Origin: a virus
IMG/VR virus record: IMGVR_UViG_3300046170_000464
Span: 16,499-80,498 of that record
Strand: one strand, 5' to 3'
Length of the DNA stretch: 64,000 nucleotides
The position numbers were made by a program, and so were the translations under genes. Below the pieces are notes generated by a model. The model saw nothing but the letters and a program-made list of their open reading frames with translations. It was not told the DNA's origin and ran no database searches. Below, one piece after another: positions 20,227-29,631 of this stretch (positions are counted from its first letter, which is position 1; every line of letters starts with the position of its first letter).

Positions 20227-20640
20227 TTAAAAGATCAATCCGTTAGTTGCTGAATCGATTTGTTCGTTTGCATGCTCTGGGTCAAGACGCATAAGCTCTA
20301 ATCGCTCTTCTTCGTAAAAGGCAACAAGAGCAAGATCACACTCATCTTCTTTTTCAACAAATTTTATAATTTTTTTGAACATGTCTTCCATGAAACTGTT
20401 CATGGCTTCTTGAGCAATAGCTACATCCGTTTCTAGATCATTAATGGTCACGTACTTACTAGTGTTCGGATCACCAGGGTTAAAAACTAAAATTCCTTTT
20501 CCTCTGTACTTTCGATTTTCATGGTAAAGAGTGATCATGTCACTAATGATGCTTCTGAAAACCCCAGCACTGAGCTTTCGCTCAGCCTCAGATCCCTGAG
20601 AAACCATTTGACGTAATCGATTTACAGCGTCATTAGTCAT
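20227..20640 (-). CDS. Hypothetical protein
   Basis: ATG (MTNDAV) overlaps the stop of the upstream gene. Confidence 0.65.
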   Translation of the reverse strand: MTNDAVNRLRQMVSQGSEAERKLSAGVFRSIISDMITLYHENRKYRGKGILVFNPGDPNTSKYVTINDLETDVAIAQEAMNSFMEDMFKKIIKFVEKEDECDLALVAFYEEERLELMRLDPEHANEQIDSATNGLIF

Positions 20641-20959
20641 ATTTGAAATTGCTCCAAGCGGCCTGCAGGATTTCATAAGGATCATACAGAAATTTAGAGC
20701 TGTTTTTTTCTAGTGGATCAAGCTTGCAGAAATGTTTACCTTCTACTAAACCAGAAGACCCACCTGAAGAAATTCCTTGAAAAATTAGTTTGTCGATAGC
20801 TACTGTGGGCACACCCATTCTCTGAGCGATAGTTTTTCGATTTACAAAAGCAGATGTTCTGCGTGTTTTTGTATTAGCAATCATCTGAAGAGAAACATCG
20901 ATGCTGCTGAGTAAATCTGAAATTGATTTAATTTCTTTTTTTAAAGATTCCATAATCAT
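20633..20959 (-). CDS. Putative HTH DNA-binding protein
   Basis: FVNRKTIAQRMGV...IDKLI...LVEGKHF...YD. Confidence 0.55.
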   Translation of the reverse strand: MIMESLKKEIKSISDLLSSIDVSLQMIANTKTRRTSAFVNRKTIAQRMGVPTVAIDKLIFQGISSGGSSGLVEGKHFCKLDPLEKNSSKFLYDPYEILQAAWSNFKYD

Positions 20960-20960
20960 G

Positions 20961-21089
20961 GCAATAGGAAGGATCCTCTCGACCACCTGACGTCAGGTAA
21001 TCAGAGCGACTTACGTGAGGGCGGAAAACGGTAAAACGCTACCTCAACCTTCCATGGACACAGTGCCGTTTCTTACGCTGTGACCAGGG
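20961..21089 (-). ncRNA. Candidate structured RNA (multi-stem leader)
   Basis: GGAAGG/CCTTCC closing stem, TGAGG/CCTCA stem, 14-bp palindrome ACCTGACGTCAGGT at 20985-20998; G-U pairs favour the - strand. Confidence 0.4.
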
Positions 21090-21551
21090 TCAGTCTAGTA
21101 GTGCTTGTACCTCTTTATGGAAGGTCGGAGCGTCCTCAATGAGTAACTGGATAAGCTTATCTAGCCTTCCAGAGACGTCAAGGCTTTTTGTGCTGTTCAG
21201 AATCATCCAATATTTGTGTGCGTTCAGTAAGTAGTATTGTGACTGTTTAGCTTTTAAAGCTTGACATCGCCATTTTTCAAAATCGAAAGTCGACTTATAC
21301 CTGCTGCTACCCATCGCACACTCAGACTGCCGGATATCAATCTGTAAATCGATATCAACGATGGTGTACTCAATCGATGAAATTTTTGCTGTGCAGTCTT
21401 GAATAGAAATTGGAGGTTCGTTATCGCTGTATATCCAAGGCGGAAGATTTGGAATGATATATTCCTCAGCCCAAAGATTAGGTTTAAGCTGCTTGGTTTC
21501 CCCAGTAGAAGGACTCGAGAATGTCTTCGATGTACTGGTTGAAATCGCCAT
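21090..21551 (-). CDS. Hypothetical protein
   Basis: Coiled-coil-like ORF; start uncertain. Confidence 0.55.
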   Translation of the reverse strand: MAISTSTSKTFSSPSTGETKQLKPNLWAEEYIIPNLPPWIYSDNEPPISIQDCTAKISSIEYTIVDIDLQIDIRQSECAMGSSRYKSTFDFEKWRCQALKAKQSQYYLLNAHKYWMILNSTKSLDVSGRLDKLIQLLIEDAPTFHKEVQALLD

Positions 21552-21936
21552 TAGTGCAATAGAGAGTGTGGTGTTCAAATCGGGTACGGATGACTAAGTC
21601 AAGCTTGCGAAGTTTTTTTAGCTGCTCCCTAGTAGTTGCCTGAGACTGACCCAAAGCCTCAGATAATTCGTTTACGTCTACCGGTTGAAGAGACTGTAAC
21701 TCAAAAACTAAAAAGCGCAGCTTTTGTATTTGGTTATATCTTTTTTTATTCTTTGAATCGATCTCTCTGACAGCTCTATAGAGAGCTTCTCTTGCAGCAA
21801 TTGCTTGATTGTCCCTGTAGACACCTTTTTTAGGACCAGAACCTCTAGAAATTTCTTGGCTTGATCGGTTAGAGGAGTTCTCGGAGATGAAGTCAGACAT
21901 AGATGGTAAGGATTGATACACTTTGAATTTGAGCAA
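21484..21936 (-). CDS. Winged-HTH (ArsR/MarR-like) regulator; true start probably well downstream
   Basis: VNELSEALGQSQATTREQLKKLRKLDLVIRTR. Confidence 0.6.
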   Translation of the reverse strand: MLKFKVYQSLPSMSDFISENSSNRSSQEISRGSGPKKGVYRDNQAIAAREALYRAVREIDSKNKKRYNQIQKLRFLVFELQSLQPVDVNELSEALGQSQATTREQLKKLRKLDLVIRTRFEHHTLYCTNGDFNQYIEDILESFYWGNQAA

Positions 21937-22394
21937 CTGGAGCGCACAGAGTGCTCCTTTTGCACTGGTTTATTCCAGAATTGCGTAAAGATACTTCTAC
22001 GCGTCGTAGTGTAGAAAGAATCGTCAGGTCCTCGAAGCTTCCCTCCGTCGCCGGGAAACTCTAAGCATCGCTCTGGGTCTATGCATGCTCGGTTTTGGTT
22101 GAACCAAGCCCAAAATCGATCGTGCTGAGTCTTAGCACTAAGGATTTCGGATCTACATGCCTCACAAGCGTGTACTCCGTCAAAAGGAAGCTCAACTCTT
22201 TCATGAGTCGCAAGGGTCAATCGAAAGGGCTCTGACCTGCCGCACCTACACCTCCAGGTAACACACCCAGAAAAGTAAAGGACATCCCAGTGTCCACGGC
22301 TTTTTACCAGTAACGGAGTCTCTGTGGGCTCAGGAGGTTCGAAAGGCTCCAAAAGCCCGAACAGCGCAGCTGCTCGAACGTTTCTTGTGTTCAT
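21708..22394 (-). CDS. Zn-ribbon + degenerate HNH + HTH protein
   Basis: WRCRCG, CEAC, VRSSCSNSKCINPYHL, LSERSIQRI. Confidence 0.7.
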   Translation of the reverse strand: MNTRNVRAAALFGLLEPFEPPEPTETPLLVKSRGHWDVLYFSGCVTWRCRCGRSEPFRLTLATHERVELPFDGVHACEACRSEILSAKTQHDRFWAWFNQNRACIDPERCLEFPGDGGKLRGPDDSFYTTTRRSIFTQFWNKPVQKEHSVRSSCSNSKCINPYHLCLTSSPRTPLTDQAKKFLEVLVLKKVSTGTIKQLLQEKLSIELSERSIQRIKKDITKYKSCAF

Positions 22395-22742
22395 AGGCGT
22401 GTTGTTGTTTTTATAAACCGAGTGTAGCGCACACAAGTCATGGTTTGTGCAGTATCAACAGATTTTCTAAGTAATCTAACTTTCTTCTTGAGAGTCAGTT
22501 TCTGAAGAAAACGGCGGTTTTTTACAGACGTGTATCTAGTTTTGCCCCAGCGAAAATCAGTCCAAATACCCCTTGTAACCCTATTTTATTTATCTATACG
22601 TTTATATAAATAACTAATTAGACGACAATTACTGAAAATAAAAGCTCTAATAAGGTTTCATTTTGCAAGCACTGTTTCAGACCTCCTGTGGGCAGCAGAA
22701 CAAGTTACAATCGTATACAATGTTAAAAAGAACTTGGTAATT

Positions 22743-22904
22743 ATGAAACTCACTCCTGCTCCTGATGCTCCGCCTAGCTCTTGGGAATCACTTCGAAGAC
22801 AAGCTGATCTCTTAGGTATACCAGCTTGGAAGCTCGCAGAAGATGCTGCTCGTCATACAGATTCTGAAAAACTAACTTTTTTAGACAGAGTAAATAAACA
22901 GTAG
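22743..22904 (+). CDS. Small hypothetical protein (about 53 aa)
   Basis: MKLTPAPDAPPSSWESLRRQADLLGIPAWKLAE...; not in ORF track. Confidence 0.45.
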   Translation: MKLTPAPDAPPSSWESLRRQADLLGIPAWKLAEDAARHTDSEKLTFLDRVNKQ

Positions 22905-22959
22905 AATTTAATTTCTACAAATACTCAGATAGACTGTTATAAGGAGGTGGACTATTTAA

Positions 22960-24310
22960 ATGCCTGAACGTAATAGCCCTGCGTGTCCACTTCACGGCGT
23001 TTTACCCAGGGCACGTGCACCGCACAACTTCTTCGGAATTGTGTCGGTAGTCGATAACCTCATCGAAACCATCAGCGGCGTGGGAACTACTAGCTACACC
23101 AGATGTCCTTATGGATACCCACCTAACTTCGAAGGTGTAGTAAGGGCACTCGAAGATTTAAACTCCACTGCTAGTGGTATCGAAGCTACTGGAGGATTAC
23201 TAGTCCCTGGTTCTGGGATCAGTATTACGACGAGTGGTTTATACAGCATCATTGCAAGTCTCATTACCCAGTCTTTTCCGGGGTCTGGTGTACTTGGTGT
23301 TCCTAGTGGACAAGGAACTCTCTTTGACGTAAATATTCAAGGATTAGGAAATAACGATGTTGAGTACGACGGAAAACTAATTCAAGTTTCTGGCACTAAC
23401 GAAGGTGCTGTTGCTGTTGTTAGTGGACTTGTAGGTGGTGACGGAATTACTGTTACGGCTAGTGGTTCAACTGCTGTTGTCAGCACTGACCTTATTGGTC
23501 AAGGATCAGTCGATTTCTCCTACAACGGTGCTCGGGTTGGAGTAATTTCTGGAACTTCTCAACAACTTCTTGTTGCTGGATCTGGAACAAGTGTCAGCCA
23601 GAGTGGAGACTTCCAGGTTGTTGATATCGGAATTATTGGGGACACCGGTATTGGTGCTAGTTACTCCGGATCGTTTGTCTCTCTCGAAAGTCTGTTAGTT
23701 GCTGGTTCTGGTTCTGCTGTAAGAACAAGCGGCGATTATCAACAGATCGACGTTGGATCTCTACCAGGAACCAACGTAACAATCGGTTACTCGGGATCCT
23801 TTATTAAGTACAACAGCACTGCTGAAGCAGGTGCCGCTGTGGTTACGATTTCGGGTGACCCTGGAAGTAACTTCGTCGGCGGTTCTCTTTGGTTCGACAC
23901 TAACGAAGGTCGCCTCTTCGTTTATGCGTCTGGAAATAACGTTACCAAACCTGATTGGTATATCGCTAACGCTGAAGCTCTAGCAATTAAGAGCGAAGTT
24001 CCTCCTTCTGGCACAGGCGGACTCAACTCTCCTCCAAGAGATGGAACCATTTGGTTCAACAACCTCATGGGTTCGCTGTTCGTTTACGACGCTGCTACAA
24101 GCGGTTGGTACGAATCCGCTCCTTCTCGTACTCCTTCTTACGGAGATGTACCTCCTGTCAATGCAGTAACAGGCGCTCAGTGGACCTGATTCTCGTAACA
24201 ATGTCATTCACGTTTGGGATGGCTCTGCTTGGGATAACGTCATTGCGAGCGGCAATTCTCCAGGTATGTCTCAAGGTGACGTTATTGGTCTAATCATGGG
24301 TCTGAGCTAA
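22960..24310 (+). CDS. Fibre protein (about 449 aa; +1 frameshift at 24185)
   Basis: AGGAGG RBS; G.LWFD...GRLFVY repeats; the corrected frame continues QWTDSRNNVIHVWDGSAW...GMSQGDVIGLIMGLS. Confidence 0.75.
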
Positions 24311-24334
24311 TATTCTCAGATAATTCCTCTAAAG

Positions 24335-24454
24335 ATGACAAAACCTAGGACTGAAAATCAAATCGAAGCAAAACCAAAACGTACTAAACAGGGCAATGGG
24401 CGTCACTCGAAACCTTCGCACGGGCGTAAGCCCTATAAAGGTCAAGGCAAGTAA
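24335..24454 (+). CDS. Small basic cyanophage protein (39 aa)
   Basis: PKRTKQGNGRHSK...KPYKGQGK. Confidence 0.7.
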   Translation: MTKPRTENQIEAKPKRTKQGNGRHSKPSHGRKPYKGQGK

Positions 24455-24479
24455 ACTTATATAAGAATCTGGTAGAAAC

Positions 24480-24875
24480 GTGCTCTTATCTTTTCGTGCT
24501 GGTGAAAACATCGCTCTAGGTGATGCAGTAGCTGTAGATATGAGCACTTCTGGCTATATCCGTACAGCTAGATCCTCTGGAGACCTCGATGAAGCAAACA
24601 CGATTGGTGTTTCTGTCGACGATGTGAGTACTGGGACACTTTGCCGTGTGGTTACCGACGCACAAGCAGTTGTTTATTCGGGTTTGATTCCTGGTACTAG
24701 ATATTTTGTGAGTGCAAGCGGGGGAAAAGTCGTTGATTACCCAACCTATGTAGCTGGTTTCGATCAGTTGGGAGCTTCTGGAGCTTATTTAGTAGAACTA
24801 GGAACAGCAATTAGTACTGGTTCACTTAGAATTTGTCCTCAACAACCTCGATACGTTGTTAGTGGATACCTTTGA
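24480..24875 (+). CDS. DUF2190/capsid-cement-like structural protein
   Basis: AGENIALGDAV...IGV...GLIPGTRYFVS. Confidence 0.6.
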   Translation: MLLSFRAGENIALGDAVAVDMSTSGYIRTARSSGDLDEANTIGVSVDDVSTGTLCRVVTDAQAVVYSGLIPGTRYFVSASGGKVVDYPTYVAGFDQLGASGAYLVELGTAISTGSLRICPQQPRYVVSGYL

Positions 24876-24914
24876 AAAAGTGTAGAATAAAGCGTAAGTA
24901 TCTGGTTGTGATCG

Positions 24915-25430
24915 GTGCCGAACAGATCGATATTCAACCGCAATTACACAAGTTATCAAGCTGACGGTACAACTGTATACCTAGCTAATGGTCAGGGAGT
25001 TGTCACAAACCCTGCTCCTGAGGCTACTTTGACAGCTGGCGCTAACTTAATTGCGGGAGATATGGTTTCCGCTAGTGGTGCTTTTGCAGTACCTGCTATC
25101 GCTCTTAGTGGTGTAAACGCTTATCAGTTTTCTCCAATTGGTTTTGCCGGAGAAGCGGCAACCCAAGGTTCAGACGTTGTGGTAAATCTAGATGGAGTGA
25201 TTGGCTTAACTTCAGCAAATATCACTGCAGACACAGCTCTTATTCCCGGAGAATATTATTATTTATCTAAATTTGAAGGAGAAGTTGTAAGGTTCACCAC
25301 AACTTCGGGGACTGTCACAGGTTCCGGATCTAATGCATATCAAGCTGCGACAAGTGTTGGGCTAGCTATTACATCTACACAACTAAGTGTGGAAATTTCT
25401 CCACCAGTTCTTCTTTATACTGGAGGGTAA
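24915..25430 (+). CDS. DUF2190/capsid-cement-like structural protein (paralog)
   Basis: AGANLIAGDMV...IGFA...LIPGEYYYLS...VGLA. Confidence 0.6.
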   Translation: MPNRSIFNRNYTSYQADGTTVYLANGQGVVTNPAPEATLTAGANLIAGDMVSASGAFAVPAIALSGVNAYQFSPIGFAGEAATQGSDVVVNLDGVIGLTSANITADTALIPGEYYYLSKFEGEVVRFTTTSGTVTGSGSNAYQAATSVGLAITSTQLSVEISPPVLLYTGG

Positions 25431-25441
25431 AGAGTTAAATC

Positions 25442-26954
25442 ATGGTAGTCCGCAGGCCGGTAGTTTTAGTTAGCGGTGCTCTCGCCGAGCTACCTTTTGG
25501 TGACAGTATTATCACCTCTGCTTCTGGCGGTCTTCTTACCGCAGGCAGTGGTTTAGTAGGTGGCGGTAATACAGATTCCACTATTCGTTTAGATGTAGCT
25601 TTTACAGCTCAACCAAGTGGTCTTATTTATGTAGGAAACGAGATTTCCGTCGATGGTGTTGCGCTTAAACGTTCTACAGACGCATTGGCCTCAGGCAATG
25701 CTGCCTTTATTAGATTCTACGAATGCATTAGCCTCCGGAAATGCAGCTTTATCTAATGCAGCCGTAGCTTTATCTTCTGGTAATGCTGGTCTAACAGAGG
25801 CTGCTATTGCGATTGCCTCTGGAAATGCAGCTTTAGAAGTTGCTGAGACAGCACTAAGTTCTGGTAATTCTTCTCTTCAGCTTGGCGAATACGCACTTGC
25901 TTCAGGAAATGCTGCCTTAGCAGACGCTGCTACTTCTCTTGCTTCTGGTAACGCGGCACTGCTTTTATCTGAAGAAGCACTTGCTTCAGGTAATGCAGCA
26001 TTAATCACCAACGTTCGTGCGCTTGCCTCGGGTAACGCAGCTCTGGAAGACGCTAATACAGCGTTGGCCTCTGGAAACGCAGGTCTTGCAGATGCTGTGG
26101 TAGCCGTTGTTTCTGGCAACGCATCTTTAACAGTTTCTGTCTCAGCTTTAGCTTCTGGTAATGCCGCATTAATAGATTCTGAGCAAGCTTTATCTTCTGG
26201 TATTGCTGCCGTTTCTCTAGCAAACTCAGCTCTTGCCTCTGGTAATGCGGGCTTAGCTGATTCTGCTGTTGCTCTTGCTTCAGGAAATGCTGCCCTCGTC
26301 GACTCCGCTGTCGCTCTTGCTTCAGGCAATGCAGCAGTCGTTCTTTCAAACACAGCTTTAGCTTCTGGTCAGGCTTCTCTAAACCTGGCAAACGTCGCAC
26401 TTGCGTCGGGTAATGCCGGTTTAGCTGTAGCTGAATCTGCTGCTGTATCTGGCAACGCGGCGATCAGTGTTTCTTTAAACGCACTTGCCTCTGGTAATGC
26501 TGGTCTGGCTGTAGCAGTACAAGCACAAGCTTCAGGTAACGCTGCTCTAGAAGATTTAGCAGGAGCTGCTGCTTCCGGTAATGCAGGTATCGCTCTTGCA
26601 CTTGCAGCCCAAGCTTCCGGCAATGCAGCCATTTCAGACGGGATCGTTGCTTTAGCTTCCGGTAACGCTGGATTAGTTCTTGCTGCTGCCGCTGCTGCAT
26701 CTGGTAACGCCGCAATCAGCGATTCAGCTATTGCTCAAGCTTCTGGCAACGCTGCCCTTGTGGTAGCTAATACTTCTCTAGCTTCAGGTAACGCAGCATT
26801 ATCAGTTTCTAGTACTGCACTAGCTTCTGGTAATGCTGGTTTGGTCATCGTGCCTGTAGCGCAAGCTTCTGGCAATGCCGCTCTCGCAGCTTATGCGGCG
26901 AACCCAGGCTTAAGTCAGGGCGCTGCAATCGGCTTAATTATCGCGCTTTCGTAA
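25442..26954 (+). CDS. Coiled-coil fibre protein A (about 503 aa; +1 frameshift at 25706)
   Basis: 29 tandem 14-aa xxxALASGNAALxx repeats; C-terminus GLSQGAAIGLIIALS. Confidence 0.75.
25672..26892 (+). repeat. 42-bp (14-aa) degenerate coding tandem repeat, 29 copies
   Basis: Recurring GCx TCx GGx AAy GCx core at 42-nt period. Confidence 0.9.
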
Positions 26955-26955
26955 A

Positions 26956-28466
26956 ATGACTCTGCGTAGAGGTCTCGTTTATTCCGGCGGTTTTATTGCC
27001 GAAAGCCATGACGATGACGTCATCCCAATTACTGGTGACTTAATCGCAGGTAGCGGCCTCGGTGGTCGTATTTTTACGCTCGGTCTAGCTAATTTTGTTC
27101 AAACTGATTTACCTGTAAATCCTTCTGGACTTTTATACACAGCTGACGGAAAACTAGGACTTGACGGTGCCGATTTAACTTTAGGTCTCACTGCAATTGC
27201 CTCTGGTAGTGCCGCTGTTTCTCTTGCAGTTACTGCCTTAGCTTCTGGAGAAGGAGCAGTCATTGAAGTCTGCCGAAGCTCAGGCTTCAGGTAACGCTTC
27301 TATTGCTACTTCTTTAAGTGCTCAAAGTATCGCAAACAACGCTTTAGCTTCTGGTTTCGAAGCTCAGGCATCTGGTGATGCAAGTTTATCTCTCAACACT
27401 GAAGCACTTGCATCTGGTATAGATGCTCTTGTTGATACTGCAGTCGCTACATCTTCTGGGCAACAAGGACTAGTCAAAGCAAATATTGCAGCTGCTTCTG
27501 GATTTGCAGCAGAGTTCAGAGCAAGTTCAGCTCAGGCTTCTGGCAACGCTGCTTTATTTAATAATCAGTCTGCAATCGCTTCTGGATCAAGTGCGGTTGT
27601 AAATTCAGCGTCTGCTATAGCTTCTGGTGCTGCGTCTGTTCAAGTAAGTGCGGTAGCAATTGCTTCTGGAACTGCAGCGATTATTGACTCATCAATTGCT
27701 TTAGCTTCTGGTAATGCAGCTTTAGCCGACTCTTCAATTGCGTTTGCGTCTGGTAGTGCCGCATCTACTGCAGCTACTGAGGCACTGGCTTCGGGAAACG
27801 CAGCAGTTGTTCAAGCAAATCAAGCTACTTCCTCAGGTAATTTTGCTCTCGCTAACAGTGTCGAGGCTTTAGATAGAGCTTCTGATGCAGTTGTCAAATC
27901 AATCTTTGCTATTTTTCTGCACGACGAAGCAGTTGAAACCTCAGACACAGCCATTGCTTCGGGGTTAGCTGGTGAAGCTATTGCACCGACGGCTATTGCT
28001 TCCGGTGATGCCGTTCATGCTCCTGCTGCAGTTGCTTTGGCTTCCGGAAATGCAGCCTTAGCTCTTATTCCTGAGATTACTGCTTCTGGTAACTCTTCTA
28101 TAACAGTTGCTCTTGTAGCCGAGGCTTCAGGTAACGCAGCGCTATCTCTTTCTTTCAAGGCCAAAGCATCTGGTGATGCAAGTATCTCAGAATCACTTAC
28201 TTCCATATCCGTTGCTAACACTGCAATTGTCAGTGGTGTGGCAGCAATTGCTACGTCTGCTACAGCAACGACTAGTGGTGTCTTATCAGTTACTCAAGCC
28301 GATAGAGCGATTGTTTCTGGAGTCAGAAGCCCAAGCTTCTGGTAACGCTTTAATCTTCGACGGTAACCAAGCACTTGCTTCTGGTAACGCTGCTTTGACT
28401 TTGATCATAAATAATCCTCCAGTAGACCAAGAACAGATGATCGGATTAATAATGGCGCTCTCTTAA
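26956..28466 (+). CDS. Coiled-coil fibre protein B, paralog of A (about 502 aa; +1 frameshifts near 27262 and 28325)
   Basis: Same N-terminal domain (RR.LV...AE...AGSGL...PSGL.Y...DG), ASG repeats, C-terminus MIGLIMALS. Confidence 0.7.
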
Positions 28467-28520
28467 ATATTTCTAGCTAATCAGCTATAATTAATTTATC
28501 TACGGCCACCTGGAAGTCGA

Positions 28521-28841
28521 ATGGCTACCTTCTATAACAAAGTTGTTAAAAATGTAGATACGGGGAAGATTGCAGTATTTCAATCTACTTCTGACAGCAC
28601 GATCGTCTTGAGTATTCTCGTTGCAAATACCACCGGTTCTACTTCTGCTGATGTAACTGTACAGCAAGACAATTCAGCAAATGGTCTAGAAGCTTACTTA
28701 GCTCGTACAATTCCTGTACCAGCTCAAAGTAATCTTGATGTAATTTCAAACAAGTTTATTATTCCTAGCGGCAAAAAAATAGCTGTTCAATCTACAGTTA
28801 GTGGAAGTATGGATACGATCGTCTCTTATGTAGAGGTCTAA
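28521..28841 (+). CDS. Fibre-associated beta-sandwich protein
   Basis: TIVLSILVAN...ADVTV...IPVP..SNL...K..IP.G.KI.V type that commonly follows fibre genes in marine phages. Confidence 0.65.
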   Translation: MATFYNKVVKNVDTGKIAVFQSTSDSTIVLSILVANTTGSTSADVTVQQDNSANGLEAYLARTIPVPAQSNLDVISNKFIIPSGKKIAVQSTVSGSMDTIVSYVEV

Positions 28842-28843
28842 AA

Positions 28844-29629
28844 ATGGAAATTAAAAATTGGACTTCTGCTTTATTTACTAAAGAAGGCAGTGACCCAGCT
28901 TATCTTCCAGAAATTTTTTTCTTACCTGACGGTGACGCTAGGCGTAGTAAATCATGTTTATTAAGTGATATAACAGCAGCTGGGTACATTGGACCTATCG
29001 ATCAACCTCCATTTTCTTCTGTAGGTCAGATAGTAACTTGGGATAGTGTTAATTCAAACTGGGTTGTAACTACAGTTAGTTCTACCGTTGACCCTGATTT
29101 TGAAAATAGTGAGGTTGTTCAGTATTTAAGTTCAGAACTTCGACTTTCTACTGTCGTCACGGATGGAAAACTTTCTCCTTCCTCCAAAAGAGAGCTGTGG
29201 TTGTATCAGGGTAAAATTCGTGAGTTATTAGCAGATAAGGCTGCTGAAGGAGGTAAAATCTCTTGGGGTGAAACACCCTTACGTCCTGAGTCGTTAGTTA
29301 GTTTGTCATTTGCTCAAGAACGAGCAGAAAATTTTATAAACATCGAGCCACAATCTCGAACAGATTATGAAGATTATGGTTTAATTTTTGTTCCTTCTGG
29401 TGTTGAAGCTGAACTTTTACCTTCAATCCCAGCTGATTGGACAAAAGGTTCGGGGTCTCTTCCAAAAGATTTAGTTAATAGAAATTATTTTATCCCAGAA
29501 AATTACTGCATTTCTGATGCTGATTTTAATATTTCCGGTTACTACTATGTTGAAGAATCTAGTGTTTATAGCGATAGAGTAGCTGCTACGATAGAGCAGA
29601 ATCGTCTAGATAAAGCACCCGGAGCTTAA
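28844..29629 (+). CDS. Fibre-associated protein / assembly chaperone-like
   Basis: AAGYIGP...P....Q..TWD...WVV; position in fibre module. Confidence 0.55.
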   Translation: MEIKNWTSALFTKEGSDPAYLPEIFFLPDGDARRSKSCLLSDITAAGYIGPIDQPPFSSVGQIVTWDSVNSNWVVTTVSSTVDPDFENSEVVQYLSSELRLSTVVTDGKLSPSSKRELWLYQGKIRELLADKAAEGGKISWGETPLRPESLVSLSFAQERAENFINIEPQSRTDYEDYGLIFVPSGVEAELLPSIPADWTKGSGSLPKDLVNRNYFIPENYCISDADFNISGYYYVEESSVYSDRVAATIEQNRLDKAPGA

Positions 29630-29631
29630 AT

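Noticed and set aside
24187-24189. Stop-codon reassignment or TGA readthrough
   Set aside because: The continuation is in the +1 frame, not in frame. TAA, TAG and TGA all terminate genes normally elsewhere.
25877-28221. Antisense ORFs with LPEA repeats
   Set aside because: Shadow frames of the ASGN repeats on the + strand.
25672-28400. CRISPR array or DGR-like repeats
   Set aside because: Repeats are in-frame 42-nt coding units varying at synonymous positions. There are no identical DNA repeats with spacers, and no cas or reverse transcriptase gene.
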